Of a stretch of 64,000 nucleotides of DNA, positions 13,127 to 23,500 are shown one piece after another (positions within the stretch are counted from its first letter, which is position 1; every line of letters begins with the position of its first letter). The stretch spans positions 124,001 to 188,000 of the forward strand of contig QPMI01000143.1 of assembly GCA_004431415.1 (NCBI GenBank). Reading direction: 5' to 3'. Position numbers and translations under genes: made by a program. The notes below the pieces were generated by a model that saw only the letters and a program-made list of their open reading frames with translations, was not told the origin of the DNA and did no database searches. The stretch comes from Cyanophora paradoxa CCMP329 (taxonomy: Eukaryota > Plantae > Glaucophyta).

Positions 13127-13388
13127 CAAGATCCGTGCTCCTGCGGAGCACTAAGTACGGCGAAGCCTCGCGGACGCCCTCGCGGCTGTCACAGTAGGCC
13201 TATAGGGCACTCATCGACTGGCCAGCGAACAGCTTTCTGGCTGGAAGCTGGCTAGCTGACGGCCAGTCCAGCTAGCCCTGGCCGGCTAGAGGAATATTAA
13301 TGTGCTGAGGAAATAAAGGGTGGAGCAGATTGAGAGGAGATTAATTATATAATATTGTTGGGAAGGAGGCCCGCGGCCGGGAGGGGCG

Positions 13389-15170
13389 AGGTTCTCGCGG
13401 CCAGGCGCATGCACAGAGCTTGCGCATCACTTAAACAGAATCTCGAATGCATATAGTATCAATGTGCAGGGCTGCGGATCCGGAGGCGAGGGCGCGCGGA
13501 AAGCTGTGCAGGCCCGTTCAGGATCGAATTTTTGCGTCGGCTGGGTCCTCGCGGCCCGGCGCATACGCAAAGCGTGCGGAAGACTTTACCTACATCTCAA
13601 ATGCTTATGCTATTGTTCCGTGCATGCGCCCCGGCGTGGGCGCGCGGAAAGATGTCCGGGCCTGTGCAGGATCGAATTTTTGCCGTCGGCTGGGTTCTCG
13701 TGCTCTTTCATGTCTTCAAAGCTTGCGAAAAGCTTTAAAAAGATCTCAACTGAATATTGTAGCGATGCGCATGCGCGAGGATGCGAGGGCGCGCGGAAAG
13801 ATGTGCAGGTCCGTGAAGGATCGAATTTTCGGGGTCACCTGGATTCTTGCGCCCTGTCGCGTCCTCGGAGGTCTCGATCGAGATCTGAGGAAGGGCGCCG
13901 GGCTGCTGCTAGCCGTGAAGACTGTCATAAGTTGGACTCAGAAGTTCGTCAGTCACAACTAAATCCGTCATCGAATCGTCAATGGCGCGAGATCGGTGAG
14001 ATCTTTTTTTAATTCAAGATCTTGACAGATCTTGCCAATGTGTTCGCGAAATCTTTTTTGTATTCAGGATCTTGGCAAATCTGAGGAAGGGCGCCGGGCT
14101 GCTGAGACGGGATATAACTATAATTATATACTCGAAGATCGATCTGGGGCAGATCTAATTAATAATTATCTGGCAGTGCAGATCTCGAGGGCGCGCGGAA
14201 AGACGTGCGTGTCCGTGAAGGATCGAATTTTCGGGGCCAGCTGGATTGTCGCGCCCTGTCGCGTCGTCGGAGGTCTCGAAAAGCTTAACGAAGATTTCAA
14301 ATTACTATTGTAGGGATGGGGCCGCGCAGGATCGAATTTTTGCCGCCGGCTGGGTTCACGGTTCTCGTGTTCTTTCGCGTCTTCGAAGCTTGTGGAAGGC
14401 TTAGATAAAATCCCAAATGAATATAGTAGCGAGGATCGAATGTTCGGGGTCGGCTGGGTCCTCGCGGCCTGGCACATCTGTAAAGCGTGCGGAACGCTTC
14501 ATCTACATCTCAGATGCTTATGCTATTGTTCCGCGCATGCGCCGCAGCGTGGGCGCGCGGAAAGATCTCCGGGTCCGTGCAGGATCGAATTTTTGCCGTC
14601 GGTTGGGTTCTCGTGGTCTTTCGCGTCTTCGAAGTTTGTGGAAGGCTTTGATAAAATCTCAAATGAATATACCAGCGATGCGGCCTGCGTGAGGACGCGA
14701 GGGCGCGCGGAAAGTTGTTCAGGTCTGAAGAGGATCGAATTTTCGGGTCGGCTGGGTCCTCGCGGCCGGGCGCATGTGCAAACCGTGTGGAAGGCTTCTT
14801 CTACATCTGAAATGCATATGCTATTGTTCCGCGCATGCGCCGCGGCCTGGGCGCGCGGAAAGATGTCCGGGCTGTCCAGGATCGAATTTTCGCTATCGGG
14901 CACCTTCTTGCGCTGTTCCGGCTCCGGAAAGCGGATATCTGGAGTGCGCAGGTCGTGCTATGTCTATGCGCGCCAGTACGCATCGATTGCGCGCGTCGCG
15001 GGACCGGGCGGGACCGGCCGGATCAAATTTTCGGCCGACTCTTGGCACTGCAGCGTCGAGGGCGCTCGAAATCGAGCTTGCGGCGATGTGCTCGCCCTCG
15101 CGCGTCACTCTTTAGCGTTCTGGGGCGTCCCTGGCGCGATTTCGTCGCGGGACCGGGCGGGACCGGGTCC
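13389..15170. repeat. Degenerate ~149-bp-period GC-rich satellite inside the inner virus
   Basis: GGGCGCGCGGAAAG..GGATCGAATTTT core at 13490, 13638, 13787, 14189, 14551, 14701 and 14849; CGTCGCGGGACCGGGCGGGACCGG at ~14994 and ~15143. Confidence 0.88.
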
Positions 15171-15491
15171 CACCTTCTGACTCGGACTGCAGTTGTCGGA
15201 TCTCAAGTACCGGAATTGATCCAGAGGGAAATTCGATTCCGCGCGACGCCCACGGGGGAGCGGTCGTCTTAGGGGAGCCAGGACGCTAAAAATGGATCTA
15301 GAGAGGTCTGTGGGGGTTCGGGCAGCTGTGTAATGTCCATCAATCGCGTCCGTGTCGAGGCAGAATTAATAATTCTGTGTCGAGGAGCTGCGACACGGAA
15401 ATTATCTGGCAGGGGAGATCTCGAGTGGAAAAAAAGGTTAAAAAAGGAATTTCGCTCGGCGGTTTTTGGGTTTGAGAAAGAGGCTTCGCCT

Positions 15492-15527
15492 GATAATACC
15501 TCAGATTATATCTCAGATAATACCTCA
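15492..15527 (+). repeat. 12-bp minisatellite (GATAATACCTCA) x3
   Basis: Same unit and orientation as 13065-13126. Confidence 0.85.
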
Positions 15528-15590
15528 TATATTAATTTTAAATTTGCTGGCTTCTGATTGGTTCATGCCACAGAGTAGGGACTTTTCATC

Positions 15591-15673
15591 AAATGCGCCA
15601 TAAAATGCGCCATAAAATGCGCCATAAAATGCGCCATTAAATGCGCCATTAAATGCGCCATTAAATGCGCCAT
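15591..15673 (+). repeat. 12-bp minisatellite (AAATGCGCCATW) x7
   Basis: Read directly from the sequence. Confidence 0.93.
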
Positions 15674-15917
15674 GAAAACCCGGGGAATAAACCATAGTAG
15701 GGTATATGATCTCACGGTTCAAGTTTCGCTCACGTTTCACCGAAGTTTCGGTAAATCGATTATCGGCATCTTCAAACGCTTGTATCTCATCACCAGATTA
15801 TGATCTCGCAACGTTCTGCATATCGGTTTGAAGCGCTGTTTAAGCTCTACGCAACTGTGCAATCCCCACAGTATTTCAAGCTACCTTATCATACAATATT
15901 CTTCAGAAATCGACCTT

Positions 15918-16676
15918 TTACACACTGATTGTGGTCATTTCTCGCTGAATCCGAGCCATCTGACTCCTTTTAATTGCTTTTCTCTTCACAAACTTCTTAA
16001 AGCCCTTTATATCATCATCAGTGAGTACTGCTCTATCAGTATAGGTCTTGATATCATAACCTTGCAGGCTAGCTATGACAGTTTGGTAATTATAACCCCA
16101 TAGTCTATGCAATTCCTTGTAGGTCTTCTTATCCAAACCACCATTGTACTCATCAAAGGCGCAATTGAACTCTTTCTCGTTCCCAAGAATATTGAAAAAT
16201 ACAACGAACTCCACATTGCGACGAATGGTAGTAGAAATAGAACACAAACGCTGAACATTAAAGATTACCGAGATTGAATAATGTCTTCCACTCGTTACTA
16301 ATTTAGATAACACAGCCGAATTATGCATATCCAAATTTGAACCTATCATGTCATCGAGTATGATAACTAGGTTATTTCGCTTTTCGTTATTCTCAATTCG
16401 TTTCTTTTGCATACTGATCAATCTCAAAACAATGTTATCATCCCACTCTTCATAGATGTTATCGGGATGGGTGATGTCATTGAATTGTCCAGTAAAAGCT
16501 GTTGAACTAAATATAACGATTTGATCGATCTTGTCACGAAGCTCGTAAAGTAAGTATTTTGTGAACATTGTCTTACCTGTATTGGAGCGACCAACATTCA
16601 AAATTCTTGTCGGGATTCGAACCGTCTTACTCGGATCGAACTCCGGAATATCATCAAGATTTACTGTGTTATCCAT
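15918..16676 (-). CDS. A32-like (FtsK/HerA) genome-packaging ATPase, inner element
   Basis: Walker A GRSNTGKT, Walker B LVIILDD, GRHYSISVIFNVQ, IRRN. Confidence 0.93.
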   Translation of the reverse strand: MDNTVNLDDIPEFDPSKTVRIPTRILNVGRSNTGKTMFTKYLLYELRDKIDQIVIFSSTAFTGQFNDITHPDNIYEEWDDNIVLRLISMQKKRIENNEKRNNLVIILDDMIGSNLDMHNSAVLSKLVTSGRHYSISVIFNVQRLCSISTTIRRNVEFVVFFNILGNEKEFNCAFDEYNGGLDKKTYKELHRLWGYNYQTVIASLQGYDIKTYTDRAVLTDDDIKGFKKFVKRKAIKRSQMARIQREMTTISV

Positions 16677-16756
16677 TACAGTAATAAGATAAAAAACAAA
16701 ATAAAGTACACACCTACAAATAATTGCGCTTCCTACACTAACAAAAGAAAAGAACT

Positions 16757-17983
16757 TTAGAAGTTCGAGACTTTCAGGGTAGAGATGTTGTAGCCATTAA
16801 GTACCATAACATTGTGTCGGAGGGCATAGATATCAACCTGAACAGGAGCGGCATCAGTGCATCCGGAAACAGTGAGATCCATGTAACTCGAGCTGCTGTT
16901 GAAGAAATCCTGGTAACCCATAACCGAGTTCCGAAGCGAATCTTTTCCAGACTTGGAAAGAACAATTCCGTAAACATTTCCAGACTCGAATCCGTACGTG
17001 GTATTGCCCACAGTAACACCCTTGTAGTGAGAAGGAATGTGATTGACAGCAGAGAGGAAACCGGAAATGGGTTTGTTAGATATATCCAGGGAGCGATTGT
17101 TGTGGAAGATCTGGAACTGATCAATCTTAACAGCAGATTCATGACCGCAGAAATCCGAGTGAGTGTAGGTGTTAAGTTTGTTCACCTCTCGAACAGTCAT
17201 CAGAATCGAGTGAACCAGACCAGAAACATTAGCGAGTGTAACCTCAACAGATTCACCAGCATCAGCGGTTTTGAGCGCTCGGGTCTTCTTGTGAATGACC
17301 TCTGTGATCGGGATGCGAATGCCACCTTGTTCGTTCGCCATTTTAAGGAGTGTCTCAGCCTCAGCCGAAGCAATGTTTACGAATTGGCAGATCAGAGAGC
17401 AATCCGCAAAGGTTACAGATCCACCAGCCGGAACTTGGACAATCGCAGCATCACGGAAATCAACCTCGATTGTTGGCATATCGGCTAGCGTACATAATGG
17501 GAAATAAGCTTCTTCCCAGAAAGCAGCGGGGATTCTAACGATGTATTCCATTGCTTCATCTGTGCTTTCACGATCTGTCTCTTTGAAGTAACCGAGAGAA
17601 GCATACATGCTGCTCATGGTAGCGTGATCATTATCGACCAGGGCGTTTACAGTGATCCAATCACCAGGGATAATATACTTGAAACCACCATGAACGAAAC
17701 GGACCTCATTAATAAAAGAAGAACCACCATTGGGGAGGGTGCAGGCTACACCACCACCAGTGGCAATCTTGAAATAGAGCGAAACACCAGCAAGGAGTTG
17801 CTTGCGAGGTAGATCAAAGTAAGCGGTATTCTTGAAGCCAAAAGTGTTGCCCCGGGGACGAACTTGCTCGAGGAATGGTTTGTATTTGGGGTTGGTTCCG
17901 ATTTGGAGACCAGGGGAAAGATAAATTTGATCGGAACCGGGAGTTTCGAGGAGTTCCTTCAGGGTAGTTCCAGTGAGTGCCAT
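16757..17983 (-). CDS. Double jelly-roll major capsid protein, inner element
   Basis: 408 aa next to ATPase and penton; the N-terminal pattern FGF..AYFDLPRKQLLAGVSLYF..GGSSFINEVRFVHGG..IPGDWI resembles NCLDV/PLV MCP; YFPLC and C-terminal IYALRHNVM. Confidence 0.8.
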   Translation of the reverse strand: MALTGTTLKELLETPGSDQIYLSPGLQIGTNPKYKPFLEQVRPRGNTFGFKNTAYFDLPRKQLLAGVSLYFKIATGGGVACTLPNGGSSFINEVRFVHGGFKYIIPGDWITVNALVDNDHATMSSMYASLGYFKETDRESTDEAMEYIVRIPAAFWEEAYFPLCTLADMPTIEVDFRDAAIVQVPAGGSVTFADCSLICQFVNIASAEAETLLKMANEQGGIRIPITEVIHKKTRALKTADAGESVEVTLANVSGLVHSILMTVREVNKLNTYTHSDFCGHESAVKIDQFQIFHNNRSLDISNKPISGFLSAVNHIPSHYKGVTVGNTTYGFESGNVYGIVLSKSGKDSLRNSVMGYQDFFNSSSSYMDLTVSGCTDAAPVQVDIYALRHNVMVLNGYNISTLKVSNF

Positions 17984-18035
17984 CTCTTATGTTTAAAATA
18001 CCAAAAGAAATTTTTAAAATGCTTTATTAAACAGA
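17984..18035. promoter_or_regulatory. Putative bidirectional promoter between divergent MCP and penton genes
   Basis: 52-bp AT-rich spacer between head-to-head ATGs; identical in the outer element (29753-29804). Confidence 0.5.
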
Positions 18036-18923
18036 ATGACGCGTTACTATCTCAATATTGATTCCAGGGACCGATCGGATGGAACCCCAACTAATTTCAC
18101 ATACAGACTCCCTTATGCGATCCAAAAGGTCAGAGCCTGTCGAGTAACGAACTTTGAGATGTTTCACAATCTTTACAACCTCTCTGAAGTAGGAACCCTC
18201 ACCACACAAACACTCGATAATGCTGGGAACCCAAAGAATAGAAACAACGAAGTCCTCCGAGGTGCATATACACCGGATTCACTGGTGAATTATCTGATCG
18301 CTCGCATTGGATCCCAGCCCTATAATCAAGCGGGTGGCGGAACTTACACTCGCCATTTCTATGTAACCTATGATCCCACAACATTGCTTCTAAGGTTCAT
18401 GTGTGAGGTTCCATTCTCAATCACTATGAACACTCAACTCTTAGCCAATTTCTGTGGTTTTGAAAATGCTAACACACTGTACCAATCGAGTCCTCTATCA
18501 TCTAATGTCACAGTTGGAGCCTTTACTTATGCTCACTACATTGATAGTGAAATGCCATTAGATCTACTATTTAATTCCTATTTGCTTCTTCATGTTGATC
18601 CACTGAAAGGAAGATATGTGAGCAATAACAAACGAGATAACAATGCTATCGCGAAAATTGAGATTGACCAAACGGTTGGCAGTCTATTAAAATATGATTC
18701 ATCGAATAATTCCATGATCGTTCACGAGCAGAATGGCTTGGTTGAGGTTGAGACTCTAGATGTGAGACTTTCTTACTGGAATGGAGCCACAGCAGACATT
18801 ACTACCGACTGGTCGATGACTCTTGAACTGATTACTGAAGATGATAAAGATCTGACGAAAAAAGCATTGAAGAATGTCATAAAAGAGTTGGAGGGACTCT
18901 ACCTGCCGTTCTCACGGTCATAG
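18036..18923 (+). CDS. Minor capsid (penton) protein, inner element
   Basis: N-terminal LNIDSRDR..PTNFTYRLP..IQKV..LYN and C-terminal LDVRLSYWNG..DWSMTLEL, typical of PLV/NCLDV single jelly-roll pentons. Confidence 0.82.
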   Translation: MTRYYLNIDSRDRSDGTPTNFTYRLPYAIQKVRACRVTNFEMFHNLYNLSEVGTLTTQTLDNAGNPKNRNNEVLRGAYTPDSLVNYLIARIGSQPYNQAGGGTYTRHFYVTYDPTTLLLRFMCEVPFSITMNTQLLANFCGFENANTLYQSSPLSSNVTVGAFTYAHYIDSEMPLDLLFNSYLLLHVDPLKGRYVSNNKRDNNAIAKIEIDQTVGSLLKYDSSNNSMIVHEQNGLVEVETLDVRLSYWNGATADITTDWSMTLELITEDDKDLTKKALKNVIKELEGLYLPFSRS

Positions 18924-18959
18924 GAAATACTGTAGAATAAATTTGTTTCAATATTACAA

Positions 18960-19721
18960 ATGGCTCGCAAGACTCAACCCAAGAATTTCTTAGCCAAACC
19001 AGCCGCTGAAGCGGATGTTGGCAATGGTGAGAATGGAAGGAACTGGTATAAGAAATCGAAAGGACTCGCTGCATACGGAACTGGTGACCTCGAAAAGGAA
19101 GTCCATAAAGAACGAAACCAATTCACCCAAGCCACTACGAAAAACAGTAATGATGATAATGCCCTTGTTGACCAAGTCCCACTGAACCGCATGCCCGGAG
19201 CCAAACGAGGAATCAAGAAAGGACAGTTCAAATCATCCACAAAGGACAAGGTTGCCTCATCATCGACACTGCTGAAACTGCTTGATGGTGGTGAGCGACT
19301 CTACTCAACCTATTCCGAGAAAGACCATCGCAACCGCTACTTTATTCGTTCAACCACTGGTGGACTGAAATCTGTAACATATCAGTATGCTAAGAGTCTT
19401 GTTGATGGTATTGCAGCAGAGACCAAAAACGAAAACAAGATCAAGGAACAGCCAATCACAAAGGAAAAGGTTGAGAAGAAACCAGAAGTAACCCATGAAG
19501 TTATTCCCGAACCTGTTCATGTGGCAAAAGACTCACCTACAGAATTGATTGCAAAGACCATTGAGTATCAAGACTCCAACAAAACGGATTTGCCGGTTCT
19601 CAATAAGTCGATCCTTCGGGTTGCCACTTCGCAGGCTGATCCAGTCAACTCGATTCCAAATGCTGCCCCAATGGTCTCTGGATTCGCCAAGCTTGGTATA
19701 AGACCCGGTTATCGCCGTTAA
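18960..19721 (+). CDS. Lys-rich hypothetical protein (possible virion core protein)
   Basis: 253-aa ORF with a homolog at 28043-28816; function inferred from composition and position only. Confidence 0.7.
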   Translation: MARKTQPKNFLAKPAAEADVGNGENGRNWYKKSKGLAAYGTGDLEKEVHKERNQFTQATTKNSNDDNALVDQVPLNRMPGAKRGIKKGQFKSSTKDKVASSSTLLKLLDGGERLYSTYSEKDHRNRYFIRSTTGGLKSVTYQYAKSLVDGIAAETKNENKIKEQPITKEKVEKKPEVTHEVIPEPVHVAKDSPTELIAKTIEYQDSNKTDLPVLNKSILRVATSQADPVNSIPNAAPMVSGFAKLGIRPGYRR

Positions 19722-19754
19722 GGATCAATCTGAATAATATAATTTCTCAAACAT

Positions 19755-20010
19755 TGTTAGCGCTACGTAACCAATCCTATCCCGTAGGCTCAAAACTTCT
19801 TCATTTTTATGGAGGCGTTGTAGAGCGAAGTGAAATATCCATAGGTAAATCACTTTAATCACCTGTTCTACCGGGTTCAGTGGTAGAAACTTGCAGCCGA
19901 CAAGTGAACCTTCTGGGTATCGGTGGCTTTATCATTTTTCCAGCATCTTCTTTCGTACTGGATGCTCTGCAATCGGGACCAAAATTTGACAGGAGTTTAT
20001 TCGCTATATA
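19755..20010 (+). ncRNA. Candidate structured RNA or cis-element
   Basis: Run of hairpins with nested closing stems; conserved in the outer element (27755-28005) with changes concentrated in loops. Confidence 0.45.
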
Positions 20011-20070
20011 CAGACAGAAAAACTACTTAAAGATTTCTTAACATATATTAAGAGAGTAGAAAAGGACAAC

Positions 20071-20328
20071 ATGCCAATCAGTGAGGCTCAGAAGCGTGCT
20101 ACTTATCGTTATCGTAAAACTGAAAAAGGTCAGGAATATTTGAAAAAGTACAATGCCAGATTTGCAAAGCAAATGCGTGACTTATACCATACTGATGAGT
20201 GTTACAGAGCCATGAAGATCGTTGAGAGTTCCCAGCGTCTCTATGCTTCCAATGCAGTCTGCTTTGTGAAGTATCTCTATGGTGTCCCGTATTCTAACCG
20301 TGGTCGCAAATCGAAATATCTCTGTTAA
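20071..20328 (+). CDS. Small basic helical protein (SEAQKRA..Y type)
   Basis: 85 aa; the second copy at 27437-27694 differs by 2 conservative residues plus synonymous changes. Confidence 0.8.
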   Translation: MPISEAQKRATYRYRKTEKGQEYLKKYNARFAKQMRDLYHTDECYRAMKIVESSQRLYASNAVCFVKYLYGVPYSNRGRKSKYLC

Positions 20329-20333
20329 TCGTT

Positions 20334-20360
20334 TTTCTCAGCGCGATCTGCTCTGAGAAA
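20334..20360 (+). terminator. Hairpin just downstream of the 85-aa ORF stop (possible 3'-end signal)
   Basis: TTTCTCAG..CTGAGAAA stem, conserved in the outer copy (~27405-27431). Confidence 0.35.
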
Positions 20361-20569
20361 CCCGTGGGAAACGCGCTGGAACCACAAATATAATCATTCT
20401 GTTATTTTTAGAGTTCGATGATCGAGCCAACCCTTTGTTATTTTTATGAATGCCCTCGACTAAATTTATTTTGTTGGAGACTTTTGGTTTTGTCGGTAAA
20501 ATTTGACGCGAGTATAAAAGTATTTAAAGAAAACTTTTGTAGGTATATATTAATAGAGTGAACAAAGAA

Positions 20570-23500
20570 ATGCCTCGACCAAGTAATCGAATTTCGAAAA
20601 ATTTGCAGGATGAGATTCTTGGCTACTACATGCAAGCAAAAGTAGAAGACAAATTGACCCGAGAGCAGGATATCTATTTCTTGAGAGAATTTACTTTCAA
20701 AGCAATTAGAATTCCAAAGTTGATTGATATCAGAGATACACTGAGAGGTATCGTAGAGCCTCGTTTGTATCGCAAGCAGGAGAAGAAGGAGAAGAGGGCT
20801 GAGAGAGCCGCTAAGAATGTTGAGAAGCAAAACAAGAAAGCGGAGCAAGCGAGAGAGCGGAAGCGCTTGACTCCTTTCCAGCAGATGATTGCTAACCTCC
20901 GTGAGTTTGTTGAAAACTCACCTGGAAACATGGTCACCCTGAATGTGAGACTCTTCCGTGAGTTGCAAGAGGGAGAACAAGCCCCTGCAAATGCAAACAG
21001 GGTCACTGAGAATGGTGTGACCTACATTGAATCGAAGAGGCTTCGGAACAATCGCCCCTTTGGTATCCAGTGTACCAAGGCAGCTTTTCTGAATGCTCTC
21101 GGTCTGGTTCAATCCACCTTCAATACGTTCCCATGTGTTGAGGGGACTGTCATTGCTGAATTTATTGCAGCAGTTATTGAGTTTAACTCGACCAATCAAG
21201 ATTTCCGCTACCTAAAACTAATTGAGCAAGATACCTACCCCGATATTATGACAATTGAAAGAGTCATCACGACAGATAATGAAGAATACATCCCAAGAAA
21301 TGAACAAGTCCTCAGAGACAATACAAACGCTCCAATGATTATTTCGAATTTCATTAAAAACGAAGGGAACCCCCAAGCCACCACATTCAAGGAAATGTTC
21401 TTGAAAGGTGATTCATTCAAGGTTGGGAAGTGTGTTTTCGATGTCCTCATCAAATGGTTTGGAGGAGCGTTTGAGAAGGCTAAGACCAAAGGGAAATACA
21501 AGCGAATCGATTGGTCTTACAACGGACTCTTTAAGATGGTGAATGGGCGAGACCCTGTTGAAGGAGATGATTGGGGCATTTCTTTCAAGTCCATTTCGGA
21601 GAAGGTTCTTGACCCACTGCGCCTAGGCATGGTTACAATTGGAAAGGACGACAGAACCCCTGTCCCTGAACTGACTTTCCTGCCCAAGACCAGGAACACA
21701 CACTTGACCCCTTCTGTTGCATATGTGAAGATTGAGAATGGTCACATGTATTTGTTAAATCACAATATTAAGGCTCTCACACAGTCCTTCAATGGCTCCA
21801 AGCCAAAAGATACCAATGTTCCACTCAGTTCTCGTTACAAGATTATAAAGCAAAGAAGGTTCAAGGAGTTTGCCACAAATCCCGATGACATTCTGAGAAT
21901 TGTCAGGTCTGACAATCCAAAGAACCAATCGAGCATTCGAATCTGCTATGGTGGTTCACTGGATGAACTACTCAGAGAGTTCATTGTGGTGCATAATTAT
22001 CAGGTCCAACCTGGGTTCTCCCAAATCGGAAAGGCAACCCATATTCGTTTCACTATTGACGATAAGGATGTTGTCGTGACCCCACCTGGTAACGATACAG
22101 ATGTGGAAACAGCTTTCGAGATTAGCTTCAAGAATGCTGAGTACAGAGATAAATTCGAGAAACTAAATCTGGATATGTATAGGTCTCTAATCAACACTTC
22201 CAACAAGAGTACTTACAATGAGCAAACCATAAATGCATTCAAGAATGGAGTGCAGACTGCCCTTCGTGGTCTCTTTGATGTGGATGAGGAGACCTTTGAT
22301 GAAATTCGCTATAACACAGATATTTACGAGTTCGATATGTGCAAAGCATACCCTTACATTGTAGCCTTGATGATCAAATTCGTTCCTGTTCTCAGCAAGT
22401 TCGATGTCTTCAAGAGTGTGACAATCACAGATGCAGAGCAAATCGAGGAATACAGCTTCTATTACGTGAAACTGGACGACAAATACTTTTTCAAAGCCAA
22501 AGACAAGAACGGAAAGGAGTACGAAGCAAACACCTACAACAGATACAAGAGGATGATCATTGATTCCAAGTACAATGTCGTTCCTGGTTTGGTTCTCAAA
22601 AAGCATTTCGAGGATTTCAAGGATGACATCTCCATCAAAGCGGTTCTGCGACCTTACAAACTCATTCCCAACCTTGCAGGCAACACAGTTGCTCGAATCT
22701 TAGATAGCGACCTCGATCCTGTTGATAAGAAGCAGATCTTGGTGAGTGCAATTGGGCAAACTGGAAAGCAACGAAATAGCAGAGTGAAAACCACCATTTT
22801 CCACAACAGAGACGATGCGATCGAGTTCCAGAAACAGAACGGAGGGGAGGTTAAAATTTACCTCTTTGGTGAGACTCTTGCCACTTATGAGGAGACAGAG
22901 TTCGTTCTGTGTGAGGAAGAGATGACCGAACCCCATATCTACTATGTCAATCAGGTAGCAGAAAAGCAGCTCATTGATGGCTTCATGCCATTGTACACTA
23001 CCCTCTTGTCAATTATGAGGATGTGTATGTATGAGAAGTGTGTCGAACTCGCTAAACAGCAGATCCGACCACTCGCTTTGAACACCGATTGTGTTTATGG
23101 GATCGCTTATGAACCCATTGCCCCAGTGTCATTCGATCGCAATGCCTTTGAGAATATTGGAAAATTCAGTGTGAAATGCTGCCCCAATTTTTCTAAAAAG
23201 TTTTCAGGTGAGAAGAAAGACCTCGAGGCAAAACGAATTCGTTACGGAAAGTTTGAGAGAGCGACTGACTTTGTGAAAATCGAGAACTACAGTTATACCA
23301 AACACTCTGTGGTTGATGAGTATGACACAACCGCGATTTGTGATTTGCTGGCTACACAAAAACGATGGGTTCTTCTCGGATCAGTTCCAGGAGTTGGAAA
23401 GACTCACATGACAGTTGAATATGGGAAGCGTTTCAAAAATCCCCTCTATATTGTTCCGACCAACAAGCGAGTGAAGGAAATGAAAGAGCAAGGATTGAAA

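Noticed and set aside
13389-15170. CRISPR-like array or repeat-protein gene (ORFs 13447-14012, 14392-15180)
   Set aside because: The 'spacers' are homologous to each other, there are no cas genes, and unit lengths of 148-150 bp do not keep frame; it is a satellite.
16757-17983. Virophage (Lavidaviridae) assignment
   Set aside because: The MCP is short and NCLDV/PLV-like, and no maturation cysteine protease gene is present.
19860-19935. tRNA-Gly gene
   Set aside because: It has a D-arm-like sequence and a GCC loop, but no T-arm/B-box or acceptor stem, and the spacing is off.
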